Below the pieces are notes generated by a model. It searched no databases. It was not told the DNA's origin and worked only from the letters and a program-made list of their open reading frames with translations. DNA of 64,000 bases, from the NCBI RefSeq assembly GCF_009914755.1, contig NC_060933.1; one strand, given 5' to 3'. Below, in pieces: positions 28,040 to 41,200 of this stretch (its first letter is position 1; each line of letters begins with the position of its first letter). The translations under genes and the position numbers were made by a program. The stretch comes from the human T2T-CHM13v2.0 reference genome, Homo sapiens.

Positions 28040-31000
28040 TCCGGAATGGAATGGAATGGAATTGAATGGAATGGAATGGAATGGAATCAACCCGAGTGCA
28101 ATGGAATGGAGAGGAATGGAATGGAATGGAATGGAAACTACCCGAATGGAATGGAATGTAATGGAGTGTAAGGGAATTGAATAGAATCAATCCGAATGTA
28201 ATGGAATGGAATGCAACGGAATGGAATGGAATGGAATGGAATGGAATGGAATGCAATGGAATGGAATCAACCCGAGTGCAATCGAATGGAATCGAATGGA
28301 ATGGAATGCAATGGAATGGATTCAACTTGAATGGAATGGAAAGAATGGAATCAACACGAGTGGAATGGCATGGATTGGAATGGAATGGAATGGAATCAAC
28401 CCGAGTACAGGGGAATGGAATGGAATGGAATGCAATGGAATGGAATCATCCGTAATGCAATGGAAAGGAATGGAATGGAATGGAATGGAATGGAATGGAA
28501 TGGAATGGAATCAACTCGATTGCAATCGAATGGAATGGAATGGAATTAACCCGAATAGAATGGAATGGAATGGAATGGAACGGAACGGAATGGAATGGAA
28601 TGGAATGGAATTAACCCGAATACAATGGAATGGAATGGAATGGAACGGAATGGAGTGGAATGGAATGGAATCAACCCGAGTGCAGGGGAATGGAATGGAA
28701 TGGAATGCAATGGAATGGAATCATACGGAATGGAATGGAATGGAATGGAATGCAAAACAATGGAATCAACTCGATTGCAATGGAATGGGATGGAATGGAA
28801 ATGAATAGAATGGAATCAACCTTAGTGGAATGGAATGGAAAGGACTGGAATGGAGCGGAATGGAATGGAACGGAATGGAATGGAATCAACTCGATTGGAA
28901 TGGAGTGGAATGGAATTTGAATGGAATGGAATGGAATGGAATGGAATTAACCCGAATAGAATGGAATGGAAAGGAATGGAACGGAATGGAATGGAATGGA
29001 ATGGAATGCAATGGAATCAACCCGAATGCACGGGAATGGAATGGAATGGAATGCAATGGAATGGAATCATCCGGAACGGAATGGAATGGAAAGGAATGGA
29101 ATCAACTCGATTGCAATGGAATGGAAAGGAATGGAATGGAATGGAATGGAATGGAATAGAATGGAATGGAATGGAATTAACCCGAATAGAATGGAATGGA
29201 ATGGAATGGAAAGGAATGGAAGGGAATGGAAAGGAATGTAATCAACGCGAGTGCAGGGGAATGGAATGGAATTGAATGCAATGGAATGGAATCATCCGGA
29301 ATGGAATGGAATGGAATGGAATGGAATGGAATCAACCCGATCCAATGGAATAGAATGGAATGGAATGGAATGGAATGGAAACATCCCGAATGGAATTGAA
29401 TGTAATGGAGTGTAAGGGAATTGAATAGAATCAGTCCGAATGCAATGGAATGGAATGGAATGAAATGGAATGGAATGGAATGGAATGGAATCAAACCGAG
29501 TGCAATGGAATGGAGTCGAATGGAATGGAATGGATTCAACAAGAATGGAATGGAAAGGAATGGAATCAACCCGAGTGTAATGGCATGGAATGGAATGGAA
29601 TGGAATGGGATGGAATGAAATGGTACGGAATAGAATGGAATGGAATGAAATGGAATGGAATGGAATGGAAAGGAATGGAATGGAATGGAATGCAATGGAA
29701 TGAACCCGTGTGCAATGGAATGGAATGGAATGGAATGGAATGGAATGGATTCAACTCGAATGGAATCATCTCGATTGCAATGGAATGGAATGGAATGGAA
29801 AGGAATAAAATGGAATCAACCCGAGTGGAATGGAATGGAAAGGACTGGAATGGACTGGAAAGGAATGGAATGGAATGGAATCAAATCGATTCTAATGGAA
29901 TGGAATGGAATGGAATGGAATGGAATCAACTCGATTGCAATGGAATGGAATGGAATGGAATGGAATGGAATGGAATGGAATGGAATTAACCCGAATAGAA
30001 TAGAATGGAATGGAACGGAATGTAATGGAATGAAATGGAATGGAATCAACCCGAGTGCAGGGGAATGGAATGGAATGGAATGGAATGCAATGGAATGCAA
30101 TCATACGGAATGGAATGGAATGGAATGGAATGGAATAGAATGGAATGGAATGGAATGGAATCAACTAGATTGCAATGGAATGGAATGGAATGGAAAGGAA
30201 TGGAAGGGAATGGAATGGAATGTTATCAACCCGAGTGCAGGGGAATGGAATGCAATGGTATGCAATGGAATGGAATCATCCGGAATGGAATGGAATGGAA
30301 TGGAATGCAATCAACCCGATGCAATGGAATGGAGTGGAATGGAATGGAATGGAATGGAAACATCCCGAATGGGATGGAATGTAATGGAGTGTAAGGGAAT
30401 TGAATAGAATCAATCCGAATGTAATGGAATGCAATGGAATGTAATGGAATGGAATGGAATGGAATGGAATCAACCCGAGTGCAATGGAATGGATTCAAAT
30501 GGAATGGAATGGAATGGAATGGATTCAACAAGAATGGAATGGAAAGGAATGGAATCAACCCGAGTGTAATGGCATGGAATGGAATGGAATGGAATGGAAT
30601 GGGATGGAATGGAATGGTACGGAATAGAATGGAATGGAATGAAATGGAATGGAATGGAATGGAATGGAATGGAATGGAATGAACCCGTGTGCAATGTAAT
30701 GTAATGGAATGGATTGGAATGGATTCAACTCGAAAGGAATCAACTCGATTGCAATGGAATGGAATGGAAGGGAAAGGAATAGAATGGAATCAACCCGAGT
30801 GGAATGGAATGGAAAGGACTGGAATGGAGTGGAATTGAATGGAATGGAATTAACCCGAATAGAATGGAATGGAATGGAACGGAATGTAATAGAATGGAAT
30901 GGAATGGATTCAACCAGAGTGCAGGGGAATGGAATGGAATGGAATGCAATGGAATGGAATCATCCGGAATGGAATGGAATGGAATGGAATGGAATCAACT

Positions 31001-34000
31001 CGATTTCAATGGAATGGAATGGAATAGAATGGAATGGAATTGAATTAACACGAATAGAATGGAATGGAGTGGAATGGAATGGAAAGGAATGGAATGGAAT
31101 GGAATGGAATCAACCCAAGTGCAGGGGAATGGAATGCAATGGAATTCAATGGAATGGAATCATCCGGAATGGAATGGAATGGAATGGAATGGAATGGAAT
31201 CAACCCGAGTGCAATGGAATGGAGAGGAACGGAATGGAATGGAATGGAAACTAGCCGAATGGAATGGAATGTAATGGAGTGTAAGGGAATTGAATAGAAT
31301 CAATCCGAATGTAATGGAATGGAATAGAACGGAACGGAATGGAATGGAATGGAATGGAACGGAATGCAATGGAATGGAGTCAACACGAGTGCAATCGAAT
31401 GGAATCGAATGGAATGGAATGCAATGGAATGGATTCAACTTGAATGGAATGGAAAGAATGGAATCAACACGAGTGGAATGGCATGGAATGGAATGGAATG
31501 GAATGGAATCAACCCGAGTACAGGGGAATGGAATGGAATGGAATGCAATGGAATGGAATCATCCGTAATGTAATGGAAAGGAATGGAATGGAATGGAATG
31601 GAATGGAATGGAATGGAATGGAATCAACTCGATTGCAATCGAATGGAATGGAATGGAATTAACCCGAATAGAATGGAATGGAATGGAATGGAAAGGAGCG
31701 GAATGGAATGGAATGGAATGGAATGGAATGGAATGGAACCGAACGGAATGGAATGGAATGGAATGGAATGGAATGGAATGGAATCAACGCGAGTGCAGGG
31801 GAATGGAATGGAATGGAATGGAATGAAATGCAATGGATTCAACTCGATTGCAATGGAATGGAATAGAATGGAATGGAATGGAATGGAATGGAATTAACCC
31901 GAATAGAATGAAATGGAATGGAATGGAATGGTATGGAATTTAATGGAATGGAATCAACTGGATTGTAATGTAATGGAATGGAATGGAATGGAATGGAATG
32001 GAATGGAGTGGAATTAACCCGAATACAATGAAATGGAATGGAATGGAACGGAATGGAGTGCAATGGAATGGAATCAACCCGAGTGCAGGGGAATGGAATG
32101 GAATGGAATGCAATGGAATGGAATCATCCGGAATGGAATGGAATGGAATGGAATGCAAAACAATGGAATCAACTCGATTGCAATGGAATGGGATGGAATG
32201 GAAAAGAATAGAATGGAATGGAATGCAATGGAATGCAATCTTCCGGAATGGAATGGAATGGAATTGAATGGAATGGAATGGAATGGAATCAACCCGAGTG
32301 CAATGGAATGGAGAGGAATGGAATGGAATGGAATGGAAACTACCCGAATGGAATGGAATGTAATGGAGTGTAAGCGAATTGAATAGAATCAATCCGAATG
32401 TAATGGAAAGGAATGGAACGGAATGGAATGGAATGGAATGGAATGGAATGGAATGGAATGCAATGGAATGGAATCAACCCGAGTGCAATCGAATGGAATC
32501 GAATGGAATGGAATGCAATGGAATGGATTCAACTTGAATGGAATGGAAAGAATGGAATCAACACGAGTGGAATGGCATGGATTGGAATGGAATGGAATGG
32601 AATCAACCCGAGTACAGGGGAATGGAATGGAATGGAATGCAATGGAATGGAATCATCCGTAATGCAATGGAAAGGAATGGAATGGAATGGAATGGAATGG
32701 AATGGAATGGAATGGAATGGAATCAACTCGATTGCAATCGAATGGAATGGAATGGAATTAACCCGAATAGAATGGAATGGAATGGAATGGAACGGAACGG
32801 AATGGAATGGAATGGAATGGAATGGAATGGAATTAACCCGAATACAATGGAATGGAATGGAATGGAACGGAATGGAGTGGAATGGAATGGAATCAACCCG
32901 AGTGCAGGTGAATGGAATGGAATGGAATGCAATGGAATGGAATCATACGGAATGGAATGGAATGGAATGGAATGCAAAACAATGGAATCAACTCGATTGC
33001 AATGGAATAGGATGGAATGGAAATGAATAGAATGGAATCAACCTTAGTGGAATGGAATGGAAAGGACTGGAATGGAGCGGAATGGAATGGAACCGAATGG
33101 AATGGAATCAACTCGATTGGAATGGAGTGGAATGGAATTTGAATGGAATGGAATGGAATGGAATGGAATTAACCCGAATAGAATGGAATGGAAAGGAATG
33201 GAACGGAATGGAATGGAATGGAATGGAATGCAATGGAATCAACCCGAATGCACGGGAATGGAATGGAATGGAATGCAATTTAATGGAATCATCCGGAACG
33301 GAATGGAATGGAATGGAATGGAATCAACTCGATTGCAATGGAATGGAAAGGAATGGAATGGAATGGAATGGAATGGAATAGAATGGAATGGAATGGAATT
33401 AACCCGAATAGAATGGAATGGAATGGAATGGAAAGGAATGGAAGGGAATGGAAAGGAATGTAATCAACGCGAGTGCAGGGGAATGGAATGGAATTGAATG
33501 CAATGGAATGGAATCATCCGGAATGGAATGGATTGGAATGGAATGGAATGGAATCAACCCGATCCAATGGAATAGAATGGAATGGAATGGAATGGAATGG
33601 AAACATCCCGAATGGAATTGAATGTAATGGAGTGTAAGGGAATTGAATAGAATCAGTCCGAATGCAATGGAATGGAATGGAATGAAATGGAATGGAATGG
33701 AATGGAATGGAATCAAACCGAGTGCAATGGAAAGGAGTCGAATGGAATGGAATGGATTCAACAAGAATGGAATGGAAAGGAATGGAATCAACCCGAGTGT
33801 AATGGCATGGAATGGAATGGAATGGAATGGGATGGAATGAAATGGTACGGAATAGAATGGAATGGAATGAAATGGAATGGAATGGAATGGAAAGGAATGG
33901 AATGGAATGGAATGCAATGGAATGAACCCGTGTGCAATGGAATGGAATGGAATGGAATGGAATGGAATGGATTCAACTCGAATGGAATCATCTCGATTGC

Positions 34001-36440
34001 AATGGAATGGAATGGAATGGAAAGGAATAAAATGGAATCAACCCGAGTGGAATGGAATGGAAAGGACTGGAATGGACTGGAAAGGAATGGAATGGAATGG
34101 AATCAAATCGATTCTAATGGAATGGAATGGAATGGAATGGAATGGAATCAACTCGATTACAATGGAATGGAATGGAATGGAATGGAATGGAATGGAATGG
34201 AATGGAATGGAATTAACCCGAATAGAATGGAATGGAATGGAACGGAATGTAATGGAATGAAATGGAATGGAATCAACCCGAGTGCAGGGGAATGGAATGG
34301 AATGGAATGGAATGCAATGGAATGCAATCATCCGGAATGGAATGGAATGGAATGGAATGGAATAGAATGGAATGGAATGGAATGGAATCAACTAGATTGC
34401 AATGGAATGGAATGGAATGGAAAGGAATGGAAGGGAATGGAATGGAATGTTATCAACCCGAGTGCAGGGGAATGGAATGCAATGGAATGCAATGGAATGG
34501 AATCATCCGGAATGGAAAGGAATGGAATGGAATGCAATCAACCCGATGCAATGGAATGGAGTGGAATGGAATGGAATGGAATGGAAACATCCCGAATGGG
34601 ATGGAATGTAATGGAGTGTAAGGGAATTGAATAGAATCAATCCGAATGTAATGGAATGCAATGGAATGAAATGGAATGGAATGGAATGGAATGGAATGGA
34701 ATCAACCCGAATGCAATGGAATGGATTCGAATGGAATGGAATGGAATGGAATGGAATGGATTCAACAAGAATGGAATGGAAAGGAATGGAATCAACCCGA
34801 GTGTAATGGCATGGAATGGAATGGAATGGAATGGAATGGGATGGAATGGAATGGTACGGAATAGAATGGAATGGAATGAAATGGAATGGAATGGAATGGA
34901 ATGGAATGGAATGAACCCGTGTGCAATGTAATGTAATGGAATGGAATGGAATGGATTCAACTCGAAAGGAATCAACTCGATTGCAATGGAATGGAATGGA
35001 AGGGAAAGGAATAGAATGGAATCAACCCGAGTGGAATGGAATGGAAAGGACTGGAATGGAGTGGAATGGAATGGAATGGAATTAACCCGAATAGAATGGA
35101 ATGGAATGGAACGGAATGTAATGGAATGGAATGGAATGGATTCAACCAGAGTGCAGGGGAATGGAATGGAATGGAATGCAATGGAATGGAATCATCCGGA
35201 ATGGAATGGAATGGAATGGAATGGAATCAACTCGATTTCAATGGAATGGAATGGAATAGAATGGAATGGAATTAACACGAATAGAATGGAATGGAGTGGA
35301 ATGGAATGGAAAGGAATGGAATGGAATGGAATGGAATCAACCCAAGTGCAGGGGAATGGAATGGAATGGAATTCAATGGAATGGAATCATCCGGAATGGA
35401 ATGGAATGGAATGGAATGGAATGGAATCAACCCGAGTGCAATGGAATGGAGAGGAACGGAATGGAATGGAATGGAAACTACCCGAGTGGAATGGAATGTA
35501 ATGGAGTGTAAGGGAATTGAATAGAATCAATCCGAATGTAATGGAATGGAATGGAACGGAACGGAATGGAATGGAATGGAATGGAACGGAATGCAATGGA
35601 ATGGAGTCAACACGAGTGCAATCGAATGGAGTCGAATGGAATGGAATGCAATGGAATGGATTCAACTTGAATGGAATGGAAAGAATGGAATCAACACGAG
35701 TGGAATGGCATGGAATGGAATGGAATGGAATGGAATCAACCCGAGTACAGGGGAATGGAATGGAATGGAATGCAATGGAATGGAATCATCCGTAATGTAA
35801 TGGAAAGGAATGGAATGGAATGGAATGGAATGGAATGGAATGGAATGGAATCAACTCGATTGCAATCGAATGGAATGGAATGGAATTAACCCGAATAGAA
35901 TGGAATGGAATGGAATGGAAAGGAGCGGAATGGAATGGAATGGAATGGAATGGAATGGAACCGAACGGAATGGAATGGAATGGAATGGAATGGAATGGAA
36001 TGGAATCAACGCGAGTGCAGGGGAATGGAATGGAATGGAATGGAATGGAATGAAATGCAATGGATTCAACTCGATTGCAATGGAATGGAATAGAATGGAA
36101 TGGAATGGAATGGAATGGAATTAACCCGAATAGAATGAAATGGAATGGAATGGAATGGTATGGAATTTAATGGAATGGAATCAACTCGATTGTAATGGAA
36201 TGGAATGGAATGGAATGGAATGGAATGGAATGGAATTAACCCGAATACAATGGAATGGAATGGAATGGAACGGAATGGAGTGCAATGGAATGTAATCAAC
36301 CCGAGTGCAGGGGAATGGAATGGAATGGAATGCAATGGAATGGAATCATCCGGAATGGAATGGAATGGAATGGAATGCAAAACAATGGAATCAACTCGAT
36401 TGCAATGGAATGGGATGGAATGGAAAAGAATAGAAAGGAA
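28040..36440 (+). repeat. ~4.2-kb tandem duplication (copy 1 ~28040-32220, copy 2 ~32240-36440)
   Basis: ORF pairs 28830/33052, 29177/33399 and 29566/33788 (offset 4222), and 31290/35517, 31624/35851 (offset 4227). Private markers CAACCTTAGTGG, GAATGCACGGG, CGATCCAATGG, TCAGTCCG, CGATTCTAATGG and TGTTATCAAC. Confidence 0.95.
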
Positions 36441-38257
36441 TCAACCTGAGTGGAATGGAATGGAAAGGACTGGAATGGAGTGGATTGGAATGGAACGGAA
36501 TGGAATGGAATCAACTCGATTGGAATGGAGTGGAATGGAATTTGAATGGAATGGAATGGAATGGAATGGAATTAACCCGAATAGAATGGAATGGAATGGA
36601 ATGGACCGGAATGGTATGGAATGGAATGGAATGGAATGGAATGGAATCAACCCGAGTGTAATGGAATGGAGTGGAATGGAATGGAATGGAATGGAACAAC
36701 CCGAAGGGAATGGAATGTAATAGAGAGTAAGGGAGTTGAATGGAATCAATCAGATTGTAATGGAATGGAATGCAACGGAATGGAATGGAATGGAATGGAA
36801 TGGAATGGAATGCAATGGAATGGAATGAACTCGAGTACAATGGAATGGAATGGAATGGAATGGAATGGAATGGAATGGAATGGAATAGAATGGAATGGAA
36901 TTGAATGGAATGGAACGCCTTCAAACCGAATGGAATGGAAAGGAATGGAATCAACACGAGTGGAATGGAATGGAATGGAAAGGAATGGAATGGAATGGAA
37001 TGGTACGGAATAGAATGGAATGGAACGAACTGGAATGGAATGGAATGGAATGGAATGGAATGGAATGGAATGGAATCAACTCGATTGTAATGGAATGTTA
37101 TGGAATGGAATGGAATGGAATGGAATTAACTGGAATACAATGGAATGGAATGGAATGGAACGGATTGGAGTGGAATGGAATGGAATCAAACCGAGTGCAG
37201 GGGAATGGAATGGAATGGAATGCAATGGAATGGAATCATCCGGAATGGAATGGAATAGAATGGAATGCAATCCAAAGGAATCAACTCTATTGCTATGGAA
37301 TGGAATGGAATGGAATGTTATGGAATGGAATGGAATGGAATGGAATTAACCCGAATAGAATGGAATGGAATGGAATGGAACGGAATGGAATGGAATGCAA
37401 TATAATAGAATCAATCCGAGTGCAGGGGGATGGAATGGAATTTAATGCAATGGAATGGAATCAACCGGAATGGAATGGAATGGAATGGAATGGAATGGAA
37501 TTTTATCAACTCGATTGCAATGGAATGGAATAGAATGGAATGGAATAGAATGGAATGGAGTTAACCCGAATAGAATGGAATGGAATGGAATGGAATGGAA
37601 CGGAATGGAATGGAATGGAATGTAATGGAATCCACCCGAGTGCAGGGGAATGGAATGGAATGGAATGCAATGGAACGGAATCATCCGGAATGGAATGGAA
37701 TGGAATGGAATGGAATGGAATGGAATGGAAACAACTCGAAAGGAATGGAATGTAATGGAGTGTTAGAGAATTGAATGGAATCAGTCTGAATGTAGTGAAA
37801 TGGAATGCAACGGAATGGAATGGAATGGAATGGAATGGAATGGATTGCAATGGAGTAAACTCTATTGAATTGGAATGGAATGGAATGGGACGGAATGGAA
37901 TGGAATGGAATGGAATGGAATATAATGGAAGCAACCTGAGTGCAGGGGTATGGAATGGAATGGAATGCATTGGAATGGAATCATTCGGAATGGAATGGAT
38001 TGGAATGGAATTGAATGGAATAGAGTGGAATGGAATGCAATGGAATCAACTCGATTGCAATGGAATGGAATGTAATGGAATGAAATGGAATGGAATGCAA
38101 TGGAATGGAATGGAATGGAATGGAATGGAATTAACCCGAATAGAATGGAATGGAATGGAATGGAATGGAATGGAATGGAATGGAATGAAACCGTGTGCAA
38201 TGGAATGGAATGGAATGGAATGGAATGGATTCAACTCGAATGGAATCAAAGCGATTG

Positions 38258-41200
38258 CAATGGAATGGAATGGAATGGAAAGGAATAGAATGGAATCAAC
38301 CCGAGTGGAATGGAATGGAAAGGACTGGAATGGAGTGGAATGGAATGGAATGGAATGGAATCAAAACGATTGGAATGGAATGGAATCGAATGGAATGGAA
38401 TGGAATGGAATCAACTCAATTGCAATGAAATGGAATGGAATGGAATGGAATTACCCGAATAGAATACAATAGAATGGAATAGAACGGAATGTAATGGAAT
38501 GGAATGAAATGGAATCAAGCCGAGTGCAGGGGAATGGAATGGAATGGAATGCAATGGAATGGAATAATTCGGAATGTAATGTAATGGAATGGAATGGAAT
38601 GCAATGGAATCAAATCGATTTCAATGGAATGGAATGGAATAGAATGGAATGGAATTAACACGAATAGAATGGAATGGAATGGAATGGAACGGAAAGGAAT
38701 GCAATGGAACGGAATGGAATCATCCCAAGTGCAGGGGAATGGAATGGAATGGAATTCAATGGAATGGAAACATCCGGAATGGAAAGGAATGGAATGGAAT
38801 GGAATGGAATGGAACGGAATGGAATGGAATCAACCCGAGTGCAATGGAATGGAGAGGAATGGAATGGAATGGAATGGAAACTACCCGAATGGAATGGAAT
38901 GTAATGGAGTGTAAGGGAATTGAATAGAATCAATCCGAATGGAATGGAATGGAATGGAACGGAATGGAATGGAATTGAATGGAATGGAATGCAATGGAAT
39001 GGAATCAACCCGAGTGCAATCGAATGGAATCGAATGGAATGGAATGCAATGGAATGGATTCAACTTGAATGGAATGGAGAGAATGGAATCAACACGATTG
39101 GAATGGCATGGATTGGAATGGAATGGAATGGAATCAACCCGAGTACAGGGGAATGCAATGGAATGGAATGCAATGGAATGGAATCATCCGTAATGGAATG
39201 GAAATGAATGGAATGGAATGCAATGGAATGGAATGGAATCAACTCGATTGCAATCGAATGGAATGGAATGGAATTAACCCGAATAGAATGGAATGGAATG
39301 GAATGGAACGGAACGGAATGGAATGGAATGGAATGGAATGGAACGGAACGGAACGGAATGGAATGGAATGGAATGGAATGGAATCTACGCGAGTGCAGGG
39401 GAATGGAATGGAATGGAATGCAATGCAATGGAATCATCCGGAATGGAATGGAATGGAATGGAATGGAATGGAATCAACTCGATTTCAATGGAATGGATTG
39501 GAATAGAATGGAATGGAATTAACACGAATAGAATGGAATGGAATGGAATTGAATGGAACAGAAAGGAATGGAATGGAATGGAATGGAATCAACCCAAGTG
39601 CAGGGGAATGGAATGGAATGGAATTCCATGGAATGGATTCATCCGGAATGGAATGGAATGGAATGGAATGGAATGGAATGGAATAGAATGGAATGGAATG
39701 GAATCAACCCGAGTGCAATGGAATGGAGAGGAATGGAATGGAATGGAATGGAATGGAATCAACCCGAGTGCAATGGAATGGAGAGGAATGGAATGGAATG
39801 GAATGGAAACTACCCGAATGGAATGGAATGTAATGGAGTGTAAGGGAATTGAATAGAATCAATCCAAATGTAATGGAATGGAATGGAACGGAATGGAATG
39901 GAATTGAATGGAATGGAATGCAATGGAATGGAATCAACCCGAGTGCAATCGAATGGAATCGAATGGAATGGAATGTAATGGAATGGATTCAACTTGAATG
40001 GAATGGAGAGAATGGAATCAACACGATTGGAATGGCATGGATTGGAATGGAATGGAATGAAATCAACCCGAGTACAGGGGAATGCAATGGAATGGAATGC
40101 AATGGAATGGAATCATCCGTAATGGAATGGAAAGGAATGGAATGGAATGGAATGGAATGGAATGGAATCAACTCGATTGCAATCGAATGGAATGGAATGG
40201 AATTAACCCGAATAGAATGGAATGGAATGGAATGGAATGGAACGGAACGGAATGGAATGGAATGGAATGGAATGGAATGGAACGGAACGGAATGGAATGG
40301 AATGGAATGGAATGGAATGGAATCAACGCGAGTACAGGGGAATGGAATGGAATGGAATGCAATGCAATGGAATCATCCGGAATGGAATGGAATGGAATGG
40401 AATGGAATGGAATCAACTCGATTTCAATGGAATGGAATGGAATAGAATGGAATGGAATTAACACGAATAGAATGGAATGGAATGGAATGGAATGGAACAG
40501 AAAGGAATGGAATGGAATGGAATGGAATCAACCAAAGTGCAGGGGAATGGAATGGAATGGAATTCAATGGAATGGATTCATCCGGAATGGAATGGAATGG
40601 AATGGAATGGAATGGAATGGAATCAACCCGAGTGCAATGGAATGGAGAGGAATGGAATGGAATGGAATGGAAACTACCCGGATGGAATGGAATGTAATGG
40701 AGTGTAAGGGAATTGAATAGAATGAATCCGAATGGAATGGAATGGAATGGAATGGAACGGAACGGAATGGAATTGAATGGAATGGAATGGAATGGAATGG
40801 AACGGAACGGAACGGAATGGAATGGAATGGAATGGAATGGAATGGAATCTACGCGAGTGCAGGGGAATGGAATGGAATGGAATGCAATGGAATGGAATCT
40901 TCCGGCATGGAATGGAATGGAATGGAATAGAATGGAATGGAATGGAATGGAATGGAATCAACGCGAGTACAGGGGAATGGAATGGAATGGAATGGAATGC
41001 AATGGAATGGAATCATCCGTAATGGAATGGAAAGGAATGGAATGGAATGGAATGGAATCAACTCGATTGCAATCGAATGGAATGGAATGGAATTAACCCG
41101 AATAGAATGGAATGGAATGGAACGGAACGGAACGGAACGGAACGGAACGGAACGGAGTGGAATGGAATGGAATGGAATGGAACGGAGCGGAATGGAATGA

